A stretch of DNA of 64,000 nucleotides from Octopus sinensis (GCF_006345805.1 NC_042997.1:7688001-7752000), one strand, 5' to 3'. Shown: positions 14,016 through 27,881, counted from the first letter of the stretch. Numbers and translations: made by a program. Notes: generated from the sequence alone by a model not told the origin.

Positions 14016-14599
14016 TTTGTTTCATATCTTAGATCATATTGTACATGTATTCGTTTATGAAACGTAAATTATAGCATCTCAGTTATATAGAAAATCCAGA
14101 CAATGTATTGAGATAATCATAAAAGTGATATATATATATATATATATATTTGTGTGTGTGTGTGTGTGTGCATGTATATATAATAGTATCGGTATATATG
14201 TTGTTGAAATTGCGAAAATCGCAAGTTTATATAATTTATTCCAACGTACATTTCCTCATAGTGTTTATTTGAGATTAATGCATATGAGGTTTTAGTGGAA
14301 TTGGTTACTTAAGAACAGCAGATCATCAGAAAACACTCTATTTCATTATCACATAGCAACCTAAATAATTTAGTTCCCTGTAACATAATCTATTAAATAA
14401 AATTAAATAGGTATCCAACTGGAATGCAGTCTTCCAATCAACAACAAAAGTGAAACTCACGTAGGAAAAACCGATTCATGCCAATGAGCCATTCACGAGT
14501 TTGCGAAAGTACCTGCCTCCCGGCACTAGAAGATAGGTTGACGTTTTGACCCCAAGAGGATAAGTGAAGTACAAAATAAACAATTTCAAAGTTTTTCAT

Positions 14600-15355
14600 C
14601 GCTTCATTGGGAAATATGCAAAGAAGCAAGCTTGATGAAAATAGCATGCATTTCGATGCTGAGAGTTTTGAAGCACTCCACTATCGGCCCTTAAACAGAT
14701 TGCAATGGGAAGACACAGGACCCGTGAGTAGATAAATCTCAAAATCAGTGGGTGACCTAGCTATCTACTTGAGTAATGATGCACCATTGCATATTCATAG
14801 TACCAAAATGGCAATATAGTGCAGACGAGAAGCTGGATGGGCTCTGGGATTATTCAGAACTTGGGTAAAGGATGGTCCTATAGGGAACAACAGTTCTCAC
14901 TCCTCTAGATTACTGCTTCCAAAACTTGTCATCACACGGCATCAAACTAGTGGCAGAATATATGGCAATCCAGCGCTAATAGATGAACTACTGGGGGAAG
15001 CTAAAGGATCTGAAGCTCTACATTCTAAAGAAAAGGCGTGATAGATAGACAGTGACAGATATATGGAATATCCCAGAATGTCTTGTTCCTAACTATGGAA
15101 TTGAAAGTTATATCATCCACCGAAAAGGAATGCACTGCATAGTACAAATGTTCTCATCTTCTCCATTTTAGATTTCAAGGGTCCACAGCTATTTAACATT
15201 TTGCAAAATAACCTTAAAGATTTGTGGTGTGTAATATTGCAGTTATTCAAAAACAGTCTGGACAATTTTTATCTGAGACACCAGTTGAATCCACATCGTG
15301 ATAAGAGTCATAAAGTAACGTGGGTCCCTCCAACTCACTACTTCACCAGAAGCTG
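14600..15355 (+). mobile_element. CR1/L2-group LINE, 3' end of ORF2 (degenerate)
   Basis: DENSMHFDAESFEALHY...VGDLAIYLSND...LDYC...AIQR...MNYW..LKDLKLY..KKRRDR...IWNI...VPNYGI...FKGPQLFN...NSLLHQ, the typical CR1-like C-terminus. Confidence 0.8.
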
Positions 15356-15433
15356 TAGAGAAATGTAACACAAACATATTGATAGACAGTTCTCCAGTAT
15401 AACCTCATCCTCTGCTTGAAGACAGCAGAAGAT

Positions 15434-15907
15434 AAAATGTTGCAGTAGCCTTCTCCGTCCAATACCAGATTGTTTGCCGATATATGTATATATATATATA
15501 TATATATATAGGCGCAAGAGTGGCTGTGTGGTAACTAGCTTGCTAACCAACCTCATGGTTCCGGGTTCAGTTCCACTGCGTGACATCTTGGACAAGTGTC
15601 TTCTGCTATAGCCCCGGGCCAACCAATGCCTTGTGAGTGGATTTGGTAGACGGAAACTGAACGAAGCCTGTCGTATATATGTATATGTATATATGTGTGT
15701 GTGTGTGTTTGTGTGTCTGTGTTTACTTGACAACCGATGCTGGTGTTTTTACGTCCCTGTCATTTAGCGGTTCGGCAAAAAGAGCCCGATAGAATAAGTA
15801 CTGGGCTTACAAAAAGAATATGTCCCGGGGTCGAGTTGCTCGACTAAAGGCGGTGCTCCAGCATGGCCGCAGTCAAATGACTGAAACAAGTAAAAAAGAA
15901 AAAAAGA

Positions 15908-15941
<34 letters not shown>

Positions 15942-15985
15942 GCAAACGATCTGGTATTGGACGGAGAAGGCTACTGCAACATTTT
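15434..15985. repeat. 47-bp inverted repeat pair (15434-15480 / 15939-15985) flanking (TA)n and a SINE
   Basis: AAAATGTTGCAGTAGCCTTCTCCGTCCAATACCAGATTGTTTGCCGA versus its reverse complement at the right, one mismatch. Confidence 0.95.
15511..15910 (+). mobile_element. tRNA-derived SINE, family 1, full length
   Basis: GGCGCAAGAGTGGCTGTGTGGTAA (A-box-like)...GGGTTCAGTTCC (B-box-like), body, TA/TG tract, tail ...GCAGTCAAATGACTGAAACAAGTAAAAAAG. Confidence 0.92.
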
Positions 15986-18900
15986 CAAAAAGACAACTTT
16001 TGCAACATGTAAGTTATTTCTTAATTCATTAATATATATGTCACGTGAATGTTAATTCACCAATATATTTTCAGTGGATCATACAGTCCCTACCCGCCTA
16101 GGCACAATGAAATGTATCAGAGTTCGAAATTTTGTGATATGGAAATATCCACTCCTCACTTGCGAGCTTGTCTCACTACGGTATGTAGCTTTCTCGCTTC
16201 CGTTATTTCTATTGAGATAGAGCTTTTTGTGGCCAATTGAGTCATCTTTGATTGTTGTTTCTAGCAATGCTGGTACTCTTTTGACCCTTGTTTACATATA
16301 TATATATATATTCCTCTTCTAGTGTGCTAAGTGCAGACGGATATTTTTAGGTGCCCCATCAGCCATTTCACCGCTTGAAACCTTACGCAACTCCATACAT
16401 TTCTGAAAGTCTTTTGAAGGCCTGCTTCTAATACCACCACCACATTCTTTCTTTATGTTTTATGGGTACTTCTTTTCATTTTACGTGTTCATCACGTTTT
16501 CATGGCTATATCCTTCCATATAGCACTCAATGAACTTTGTCTCTCATCTAACGCTATTCAAACAATGCTGCAGAGCCTTTGTTTCTGATTTTTCCCTGCA
16601 TTCATTGGACATACTCAGCTTTATTCTCTACTGAACCATTCCTTCTACGAAACATTTAGATATCCCTATTGCTGTTCCATGTCAACATGTATAATGAAGG
16701 GTTTCGTGTATGACACTCCGACTTTTTTCCGCATTCTTATTGATATACTTTCTTTTTTCTTAGTAAATATGTTTGTTTGATGTTGAAAAAATGCAGATTT
16801 CACATACACACTTATTGATTTCAGTTGACTTAATTTCTTCGTTTGTCATTCCATCAGATGTAATCATGTCGACCAATTATTTAAAGATAACGAATTGTTT
16901 CAAGTTTGTCGCATTAATACTCATACTGTTAATCAATGGCACTTTCTTTAAGACTCATATTGATTCCGTTTGTTTTATTTGTTTTGATACTGGTTGGTAA
17001 TATCTAAACACAATTCGTCGTTTTCGTCATTTACATAACTATGCCAGGTTTCTCTTAGTTCTAGTTCTGAAGACAGTGTTGACTGCATAGCCAATGACGT
17101 TTAAGATGTTGTCGCATATATAAAAATACAAACGAGCGTCACATATTATCTTAGCTTATTTACCAAATATTATACTTGATTATTTAACTATATTGCTGTT
17201 TATTATTGAATGTTTATATATATTTACTAAAATGTTATTTCAAATATTGGAAAATAGCTATTTACTTTCATATCTACGTTCCGTTGATTTTGTTGCAGCG
17301 TTCTTTGTCCAGTATATACGTTGATTTAATATTATATAACATTTTATTGTCCGTCCAAAATATGGTTGTTATAAAACATAACCAGGAGTAATCCATCAAT
17401 GAATATTAGCAAGGAACATGAAATATATCTTATTGACATTTTTATATCGTGCAGTACTATAAAATATCACAAAAATACGCGGATAGAAATCAATAAAACT
17501 TTACACACGCTCACATACCTCACATACAACACACATACACACACACATATTTATATATATACGTATAAATATCACCAAATATCTATACTCATATTGGACA
17601 TGACATAATAGGTATATAGATTTCCATATTTAGCATGAGTTTCACACCTGTGACATCTGTGACCAGACAGAATTTTTTTACCAATATTCCACTTTGAAGG
17701 TTAAGCTATGGTTATTTTTATATATTACATCTCCTAAAAACAAAAAAAAAAGTAAAAGAAAAAAGAAAGAAAACAAAAGAATGTGAACTGAAACTAAGTT
17801 GTTGGCAAAAAATGTAGACATTATTTTAATATCTCCTACCTCTTTATATTCGATTGCGTTTAGTTATATCTCCTGGCACAAGTTGAAAAGAAGCAGTTAA
17901 CTTTTCTATCCCGTAGCTCATTTTATTTTTAACTTTTTCTATTGTTCATGACAGCAGGACAAATATTAGTACGTTTGTATTATAGATTGGCAAGGAAACT
18001 ACGAATGAAATACATTAAAGTATCAAATTTCTCCGTTCTCACCTCATATAAACGCATCTTCCATCATAAATCTTGAATTTCAGAAATATATACAAGCAGC
18101 TTATAATATTCAGTGCACCTTTACTACATAATTTCACTGAATAAGATGTAAAACATTATACTTCATTGTTTGGGTGGCGGAAATTTGCGTAACGTCTTCC
18201 AAACGTCTCGGTTTTTTTCTTTTTAGAATTTATTCTTTCCATGCCCTGTACATCTTCATATTCAAATATTTTTAACCTTACAGCCTTTCGATGAAAATAA
18301 CTTGTATATATCTTCAAGATAATTCATATATTTAATTCATGTACTGCTTTTAGACATTTTGCGGCTGGAATAATAAGATATGATCTGAAACAGACTGTAT
18401 ATATCGTATCGACCCCAGAACTATATTTATGTTCGTACAATTAGTTATTTTCCTCTCCTACTCACAGAAGGATGGGCAATATGTAATACTATGTATATAG
18501 GCATTTGCCAAGCGTCGAAGTGTAGTGGTTGTTGACATCAACCCTGATGTGAACATTTTCGACCACCACAATGTCAAACTAAATCTAGGTGGTTGTGTTA
18601 AAACGGGATTACGTCCACAAGTCAAGTGAAGAATGGAGTTTGACAAACTTCCGTGAGGCAAATTTGAAAAATATTTTTTACTCGTTTCGAGAAAACATCA
18701 TTTATATTTATCACAAGTTATAATCAGAAATTCTACTGTTTCAGTAGTTCCATGAAATTTTACATCTTACATGTGCATTTATTGCTTCTTCGGATTAAAT
18801 ATACAGCAAGAGGGAGAGTGAGAGGATGTCTTCGTGTATGTACTTGTGAGTTTGTATATGAGTGGCTGTATATGTGTGAATGAATTATGAGATGAAATGT

Positions 18901-19094
18901 ATTTGCTTATTTCTATTAGTTACTCTATAGTTTGTCACATTCTGATAGCATTGATGTGATGGGAGTGTACTCCAAATGATGTGCCGCGTCATCAATCGAG
19001 CGAGTATGTTTGGGTCTACTGTAATATGAAAGATTAGTTGAATATTATACAGAATTTCATTTTATGAATTCTTAAAAATAAACAAATGCACCGA

Positions 19095-19175
19095 TTAGGA
19101 TTTGAAATCGCATCGTGGAGGCCTTAAATTAATTTCGCAAGGCATTTTGCCTAGCGCTGTAACGATTCTGCTATA
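19095..19175 (-). mobile_element. SINE family 2 head relic
   Basis: GGCATTTTGCCTAGCGCTGTAACGATTCTGC is the reverse complement of the family 2 head. Confidence 0.5.
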
Positions 19176-19599
19176 GATAATGCTACAGGTAATATATAGA
19201 GCTTTCTAATGGATTAGCATAATTTACGAATAAGTAACAAACATAGGAAGGCATTTAGGGACTGTTCCCGAATCTCTCTAATGGGAGACGCATGGTTGAT
19301 TAAAAAACAGGTGTCAGTGTGTAGTATGCTTCATTGAAAACTTGTTCAGGACTGTAATTGGGTAGATATAGCTGAAGTATTTGGTGCGCGAATGAAGAAC
19401 TGATATTCTGCTTAGAAATCCTAAGTCGAGTCGGCCGTAAATGCTTAATATTTACATATTCAATGTATCACCGGATTGCTACATTAACATATGCGATTTT
19501 GAAACTTCTGGGAATTAGCTATAACAGGACAAATATTTATGAATGTATAATAACATACGTATTATTAAATCGTGTATACATCTCTATTACTGTACTTAC

Positions 19600-19639
19600 A
19601 TAGAAACACGCACACACATACACAATCACATATGTATAC

Positions 19640-19718
<79 letters not shown>

Positions 19719-19790
19719 CATGAATAAATATATATACATGAATAAATATATATACACATAATGCATATGCATATATATGTACATATATAT
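19600..19790. repeat. (TA)n microsatellite
   Basis: Direct inspection. Confidence 0.95.
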
Positions 19791-20439
19791 ATCTTGTAAT
19801 GGTAAGACCTATTCTTTCAACTTTCCTTCCAGATAATAAAGTCAACATCTTTCGTTAAGTATCGTGCACGTAATGCGTAGATTGAACACACTAAATTCTA
19901 TGGAGTAATTAATTGACACTGCAGAAAGTTTTCCATTCGTTTCTCTAGTATCATGTAAATATTACTATTTTTAATTTCCATGAGCACCGAATTATAAGCC
20001 CAATAAATATGTAAATATATTCCACTTGATTGGAATTGTGTGACATGCTGAAGATTATTACTATTATATTTCAAATAGATTCAATTACTCAATGAAGCCG
20101 GAAGAATTCATTCTGGATGTCAAATCTTGCAAGATTAATGATTACATAGACTGTAATTAAATAGTACAAATCCGATCCCTTGTGTTAAATTTAATTCAAA
20201 CGTGTATAAATAAGTTCACTAACGATTCTAAAATGCAAATATGACTGCTAAACTTGTAATAATATATTTGCATTGTAGGAGTGTGTATAATCAAAAGTAT
20301 TGTAATTCATAGGGTTGCAGCTAATGATTGAAAGATACACATAGATGTACATATAAGTATATATGTATCAGTACATCAATATGATATAATTATATGTATG
20401 TGTGTTTATATATGTGTCTATAAATATATGTGTGCGTGA

Positions 20440-20650
20440 CTGTGTGTCTGTGTTTGTCCCACCACCCATCACTTGACAACATATGTCGGTGTATATATGT
20501 CACTGTAACTTAACATTTCGGGATAAGAAGCAGATAGAATAAGTACTAGGCTTACAAAGAATAAGTCCTGAGTTCCATTTCTTCGACTAAAACCCTTTAA
20601 GGTGTTGTTCAAGCATAGCTGCAGTCAAATGGTTGAAACGTGTAAAATAA
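20440..20650 (+). mobile_element. SINE family 1, 3' half
   Basis: CTTGACAAC...GATAGAATAAGTACTAGGCTTACAAAGAATAAGTCCTG...GCAGTCAAATGGTTGAAAC matches 15725-15895. Confidence 0.85.
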
Positions 20651-20769
20651 TATATAAATAAAGGAATATATATACATACATACATAATATCTATATTTAT
20701 ATATATACATATATATATATATAAAAAATATATATATATATACACATATATATAAATATACATATTTGA

Positions 20770-21430
20770 GTAATTGAATGAATTATCTTATTAAGGATAA
20801 TTCGAAAGATAACCGATAACTGGGTAGCAAATTCACATCAGAAAAACACGGTTAAAGCTACGTCCCTAGGGCATAGAATACGTGTCTTCGTGCGGAAATG
20901 TGTGTGTTTATCTACTTTCCTTTCTCACAGTAAACATAATCGAACACACAGACACAGATCTTTCACCTCACAGCTGTCAGTCTTCTGACATCTACCCATC
21001 CACAAACACAATCACGCATTCAGACACACACATACACACATTAAGACAGTTATATACAGTCACACACACAGGCACTCATTCACAAAAGAAATCATTTAAA
21101 CCCACCATTCTTTTGACCTGCACTCTCTCACCTTACTATTCTTATGCCTCCCTCCTCCTACTTCGTTTGAACTCTTGAACCTTTAGAAACTTCTAGATTC
21201 TTCTACATTCAGCCACTCTGACGTCACTCATTATAAAGAGACACTCATTATCGCCATGGGCTCTTTGAGAGCGGTCAGCTGAAAGTGTTTTGTGCATTTT
21301 GATGTCGACATAAGTTCCTTGATTTTCCTGATGACAAATCTGCATAATGTACTCCTTATTCCTTCGGAATTAGGAATATGCAGCCTTCGAAACATATGTC
21401 GAGAATAAAGGATATGTGTTAACTAGTCGT
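20770..21430 (+). mobile_element. Probable PLE 3' UTR / pseudo-LTR relic bearing HHR motifs
   Basis: C/A/T-skewed low-complexity body resembling the reverse complement of 44420-44670 (3' of a GIY-YIG relic); an HHR at its 3' end and an HHR-like hairpin at its 5' end. Confidence 0.45.
21315..21412 (+). ncRNA. Type I hammerhead ribozyme relic with long stem II
   Basis: TTCCTTGATTTTC-CTGATGA-caaatCTGCATA...TATGCAGccttc-GAAAC-ATAT-GTC-GAGAATAAAGGA; stem I about 11 of 12 paired, palindromic CATATG stem III, base of stem II mismatched. Confidence 0.7.
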
Positions 21431-21446
21431 TCAACTCCATTCTTTC

Positions 21447-21494
<48 letters not shown>

Positions 21495-21594
21495 CGGAGA
21501 TGTACTTACCTAGCAAGTGACCTGGTCTGAGATCGTATGCTGAAACGAACGAAATTGCAGCGTGGAAGATGTTTGTAAACCAATTAAGAAACAC

Positions 21595-21774
21595 ACAAAA
21601 ACCGTTAGATTCCCTTCAACATTTACTTTTAATTTGCCAAAATATCTTTGTCGCTTTGAAACTGATCACTAATGCAGCACGGAATTTCGTCGGTGAACAG
21701 ATCGCGGTTTCAAAGCGACGAAAATATTTTGGCAAATTAAATTTAAATGCTGAAGTGAATCTAACGCTTTTTGT
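21595..21774. repeat. Imperfect palindrome, arms ~73-75 bp, loop ~32 nt
   Basis: 21595-21667 versus the reverse complement of 21700-21774 (GTTAGATTC.CTTCA.CATTTA..TTTAATTTGCCAAAATAT.TT.GTCGCTTTGAAAC). Confidence 0.9.
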
Positions 21775-21789
21775 CTATTTCTGAAACGT

Positions 21790-21950
<161 letters not shown>

Positions 21951-24004
21951 TATATGTGGATGCATATTTGTGAGCGCTGAAAAATGGTTCAATACTAATA
22001 CTTGTATGCCAACAATTCGGACAAGAAATATACCTCCCCTACGTATATTTATTTAAAATGGTAACAAAATATGTGTGATTTGCTGCTTATTCCCATGATA
22101 TTTTATTGCGAAATTAGTTCTGACGTACATCACATAACATACTTTTACAAGAACATGAGCTTTTTTTCCAGCAATTGTTCAAAATGAAATTTCTGCTGTC
22201 TAAAGCTAGTAGGATATTTCAGTGATATTTCTTCGTGCAAGAAAATAGAGTGCATCGAACAAATTATTTTAACAAGTAGCGTTTTTTTTTATCAATCAAA
22301 GCATATTTATTAATACACTATCATATAAAGTGGTTTCTCATAGCGTAAATGAGACAAAAATTAAGATCACCAATGGTAACTCATGCGGCGTCATCTGAGA
22401 CCCTTGTCATTTAAATTAATATCTTTCTTCTAGGTATGAATTCTTTTGAGACACTATTTGGAGTAAATGACGTCAAGTTATATTCTGCCAAATACTGTTA
22501 ATGTCTCTAAATCAGTTTATTCGTAAAGCTAGAAATTCGAATTATTGAAGATAATTCAATGAGTTTATTGCAAGTGTTTACATCAAATGTTGCAATTTTA
22601 GCATTTTAAGATATTACTGCAACTATAATTGACCCATAATTCTTAAAAACTGAAATTGTACGTTCACACTAAATTTCGAAAATCAAATGAACACAAATTA
22701 AGTGGACGCCAGAGGCGTTGTTTGAAATAGTTCATTTTTACCTCAACTCTCTCATCACTTACTCTTACTCTATTTTTGCCACTTGGTGTGCTTATTTCTG
22801 CCTCTATCTCTGTTTAGGTGTCTCTGTATCTGTCTCACTCTCATTTCCTCTCTGTCTCCCATTAGCTGGAAATATGTCAATGACTGGTGTAGATTTAACA
22901 TTAGTACACAAAAATGTCTATTGGATTTTGTTACGAAGTATAATATGGGGATATCTCCCAAACATGAAATTCCACAAAAAGTTATAGATGGAGACTTTGC
23001 TGCTTCGATGGACATAAAGATTTCATTGCTGTAGAGACATGACTGCGAATTTAGCGAAGGATAATGGTAATTCAGAACAAAATGCTACCAAATCAGAACG
23101 ATTCATATATGAACAGCAACTTCCATTTTCTCTCTAAGCTACCGAGGCAAATCGAATATTTTTGACTGATTCAAATAAGACTATGTTTCTAAGCAAATAG
23201 ACAAACAGTTGCGTTTGCTTTAAAAAAATCAATATTTTTAGTTTTCTTCAGAGAAAACAATTAACTTATAAAGCTTATGTTATTACTTAGCTACTTCCAA
23301 ATTTAATTTCCATTGGATGATTAGTAAGTTAAAGCTTAAATGGATATAGCTACTGTTTTTAAAGAGGAACTATCAAAAAAGATTTAAAAGGTCAAAGTTA
23401 GATATTAATGCATTAATGATAGGTTTTTCAGGTAAAATTTGCTTTCATACAAAGTTTCATTTCAAGTGTTCCAAACAAGTAGTTAGACCAAATTATTAAC
23501 TCGGTTATAAGTTTATTTTACTTTAATTGCTTTTAAGTTTTTATGGAATGAAATACTACGCAATATCTTGCGGATCTTTATTTCTTATTAAACCATTTAT
23601 TAAATTGCTTTGTGAAAGGCTTGCTTTTAATTTGATAATTGTTGTTTAAAGATCTTACATTTGATGTCTAATTACAAAAGAAACATATAATTTGCGGTAT
23701 TTTCTGAACTGTAAATATTAGAAATTTTTTAAATATTTATATATCTTCAAAGAACTGACACAAATTCACAGACCCCAAACGAAAATATAGAAAGTAAATA
23801 ATTTATTATGAAATTTTAACTACATATATTAACGTAAACGCATAGGTACGTATAAATAAATATAGGTGTGAGTTTGTGTGTGTACGCGTGTTTGTATGTG
23901 GTTGGCTGTGTGGACTCGGGCGTGTTTGTAGGTAGATAGGTAGGAAGATAGATAAATAAAGAGATACATACATGCATACATAATATTGTAGCTAGGACAC
24001 TCTA

Positions 24005-24492
24005 TAATGAAATCCGCCGTAAGGATAATTCCGAGGACAAAGAAACAAGAACCAAGAGTATGGTAGAAGCCATAACCACGCATAATAAAAAGGAATACCG
24101 GTGGAATGTACCAGTGAATACCTGAATAGAATGTAGGTACAAAAGACCTGATATAATGATTTTTGGATGAAGAAGAGAAACAGTGCACAGTGGTGGAAAT
24201 TAGCTGCCCAGCGGATGTTGACATAAATCTGAAGATCAGTGAAAAAGAGAATACCTATGCTGAACTCTAGAGTAACTACAAAGACGTCTACAGGTACTCT
24301 ATCCGGATTACAATTTCGGGTTTACACCTGCAATTATTAGGACCCTGGGATATGTAACACACTGTCTAAATACCACTCTTGAGGATTCAGGCTTCTGAAA
24401 ACCAGAACGGAGAAACTAATTCGATGACTTCAGATCCAGTCCATCACTGGAACTTTAAACATCTGTAAAACTTTCCAGAAGTTTATCATTTA
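24005..24492 (+). mobile_element. R4/Dong-like non-LTR retrotransposon 3' end (restriction-like endonuclease domain)
   Basis: EYRWNVPVNT*IECRYKRPDIMI/LDEEEKQCTVVEISCPADVDINLKISEKENTYAEL, the RPD...E..CP.D...K..EK..Y motif of RLE domains; frameshifted. Confidence 0.85.
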
Positions 24493-25139
24493 AATATATA
24501 TGACCATATCTAAATATGCAACTATATGTATGAGAATGTATGCATAGATACATACTTACATACACATCTACCTACTTAACTACTTACATACATACCTACC
24601 TGCATACGTACATATATGCATATATACATACATACATAATACATACATATGGAGCAACATGATACATACCAACCCGTCTGGAGCAAAGTATTGTTGGACT
24701 TGCAAAATTGAGGAGAGAAAGCAAATCCTTAATTGATACGCTAAAGTTTTCACGATATCCGGGACTATAAAATTCCTTCAATGATTTAACTTTGCTAGCG
24801 AGTAGGTGGTCGGTCACAATTTACTATAAATTAGGAAGAGAAAGAGAAGAATATACATACATATGTAGGTAGCTGGAAGGCAGGCAGGTAGATATATACG
24901 CACATATACATAGCTTCCCAGACATCTTCTTCTATAAATCTATCTACTATATTTTAATGATTTATGTGCATTCCTACAAGTTAAAAGATACTGAGCATGA
25001 TGTAGACATTAGAAAGTAGGTGGTAAGCCGCTCTACCAGCAGAAATTAACAATATTGAAACAGTAGTATAGATACGCATAGCTAGTTATGTCACACTTAA
25101 CATGGGCGACTGTAATCATCCACAGATCTCTTCTACTAG

Positions 25140-25178
<39 letters not shown>

Positions 25179-25189
25179 CTTCTTCTCCT

Positions 25190-25570
25190 GTTTTCGTAAG
25201 CCGTTTTCTCAATGCGTTCAAATGAATTTTTCCACCGTCCAGTCTTAAAAGGCCCTTATCGTTTGTTTCTCCTTGTCCCGTCTTTGTATGTTTTTACTGT
25301 CCTGTTCTTGTCACTTTTTTACCCCTCCGCAAAAAATTCCCAAATTTTATTTAATTTGCTTTGGGGGAAGAACTGTTTCAAAAAGTCTTGTCCTGCCCTT
25401 ACCTTCGAAACACGCAATAAGTCGAAACAAGGGCAGCCGAAGAAGGGGAATGTTTCTTGTGTTGTATGTCTTGTACTCTGTTTTTTTTGTCGTTAAAAAA
25501 GTCCGTTTCCATGTTTTGTTTTTATGTTTTCATTTCTCGTTGTGTTCTACGTTTTTTGTGGTGTCCTCCA
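25190..25570 (+). mobile_element. Unclassified repeat (possible PLE pseudo-LTR) with HHR half-core
   Basis: Hairpin CTGCCCTT...AAGGGCAG followed by CCGAAGAAGGGGAATG and a T-rich tail; similar to the reverse complement of 34266-34520. Confidence 0.45.
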
Positions 25571-25619
25571 CCCATATATGCATGTATATATACATATAGA
25601 TGTAGGTATGTACATATAT

Positions 25620-25651
25620 GTATGTATGCATATGCTTTATTTATTAAATTG

Positions 25652-25711
<60 letters not shown>

Positions 25712-26025
25712 TACCATATAGCTTTATGCATACATACATTTAGGCATAGCAATGTATTACTGAGGAGCACTTAGACGGCGATCTTACAGAATTATTACCG
25801 AGTAGGACAAAACTGTGAGCGGCATTTCTTCCACCTTTACGTTGTGAATTCAAATACCGCTCACTCATATATACATACATACACACATACATACATTCAT
25901 ACATACATAGATACATACATAGATACATAGATACATACATACATATATGTATACATACATACATACATACATACATACATACATACATACATACATACAT
26001 ACATACGTACGTACGTACATACATT
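25620..26025. repeat. (TA)n and (CATA)n microsatellites with a SINE family 2 head relic at ~25778-25862
   Basis: Direct tracts; GGCGATCTTACAGAAT...GCGGCATTTC...TTACGTTGTGAATTCAAAT. Confidence 0.8.
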
Positions 26026-26431
26026 GTCCTATTAATTTATCTGTTTCAAAAACTCAAAGAGAAACTATGAGGAAGTGCTTCGAAATTTCCAGTTTCTATA
26101 TCCGAACTATGATAGTATATTCATACTAATAGTAATTGGAGCACTTCTTTCTGTAAGTAAATGCCCAAGTGTCAGTTACGTTAAGCTTGGATTTTAAGGA
26201 AAAGAAATCAGCCAACTGATCTTCACATTACGAATGCAATCTCTATCAGTAACACTGTAAACTACAAAACTATGTAAGTCTTTTCTCGGTTTTAAAATAT
26301 GAAATTATTTTCGTTATCTACCTTCCAATGATGGAGCTCTGTATTTTTGCTAGAAACCAGTTCCTTCTTCAGAGAAATACTTTCAATGATCACACACACA
26401 CACGTGTCTGTGTGTATGTGTGATTCATGAG

Positions 26432-26470
<39 letters not shown>

Positions 26471-27799
26471 CTTATGCGTATATAGTGTATACATATGTCT
26501 TAATTATTTTTCGCGTGTGTGAGTATTTTAATTACCAATTAGTAAACAATTACAGAAGATTGAAAGACGATGTTTACCGTGAACTTCGATATTAAGCTAA
26601 CTATTAATCGATTTGTGTGTTCTCATTAATTTCACTAACAACACACATTTAATAGCCAAAGTGACCGTTATTATTTCCTCCAATCCTGATCTTGTTATAC
26701 TTTCCAATTCGTCTTGTCTGTATCATGATACATGCTATGATAAAAAAAAAAAAAACTTCTGTGCTTACACAAATTCTTGTCTGTATAAACTATCAATCAA
26801 CCGAAATTCGGGAGCAGAAAGTTTTATTAATTAATCACCCTTTCTGTTTATGCTAAAATGTTTTTCTAAATTTTACTGTAAATATAATTTTAGGCCAGAA
26901 GAATACCATTCATATGAGATACACTACGTATACCTGTGTAATGGACAACAAGATATGTTTTCAATAGATGATTATATATATTATAATAGAATATGCACTC
27001 GTTCTGTTTTACGACAATTTGTTAGACAGGAATGTCTACCAGTCCAAATACAAACATATTTGTGAAGGTACGTGTACGTGGTTATTTGATCAGCTATAGA
27101 CGGAAGAAATCCCTCAAAAGAGAATTATCTTCGTACTTTATGGGAGGAAACTTTAGTTAAGATAATCTTCTATTAGCCCCTCACAAGTATATGCTGATCT
27201 ACAACAATATAAATGATTTTGATATATGTCTATTCCACCAGTATTGACCAGGAGCTAAACAACGCCGAAGTATACATGCATGAATATTTCTGTGTTTATG
27301 TATCTATGCTGATGTAAATGTACGCATATGCGTGAATAATGCATGTTAGATGCATTTAAGAAATTTAATTAATATTTCCTTGAGTTCTCTTGTTTACTAA
27401 GTCTATAAAATAGACTAGATATTGTATAACCCTGGAAGCGATAATAGAAAATTATAATATCCTATCGCCACATTACATTGAAGAAAATTGCATTTTGTAA
27501 TATAACATCGGAATATTTACAGGTAAACAAGAATACGCTATCGGACATATTATTCACAGTACGCTAATGACAAAATACGATATAATTACACAAACCTAAT
27601 TAACAGATTAAGATGTTTACAATTACAGCAAAGCAGAATTAATCAAAGCTGTGAAATTTGTAAATACTCAATTAATATACATTATTTCAACTGTGACTAT
27701 GGCCAATGATTTCAAATATATATAATTATAAGATGTATCCATTGCAAGATTTATAAATTATATAATACATCAGATATATACTTCATTTCGTGTAATCAT

Positions 27800-27814
27800 A
27801 AGTATGTATGTATG

Positions 27815-27881
<67 letters not shown>
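27800..27881. repeat. (TA)n microsatellite
   Basis: Direct inspection. Confidence 0.95.

Noticed and set aside
17066-17095. CTGAAGA followed by the hairpin CAGT-gttg-ACTG
   Set aside because: No GAAA after the stem.
18458-18661. Possible exon on either strand (plus GWAICNTMYIGICQASKCSGC*; minus donor GTGAGT)
   Set aside because: Strands conflict, there is no homology cue, and no consistent exon chain could be built.
26315-26365. ATGATGG-AGC...GCT-A-GAAAC-CA-GTT HHR-like string
   Set aside because: Two core mismatches and no stem I.
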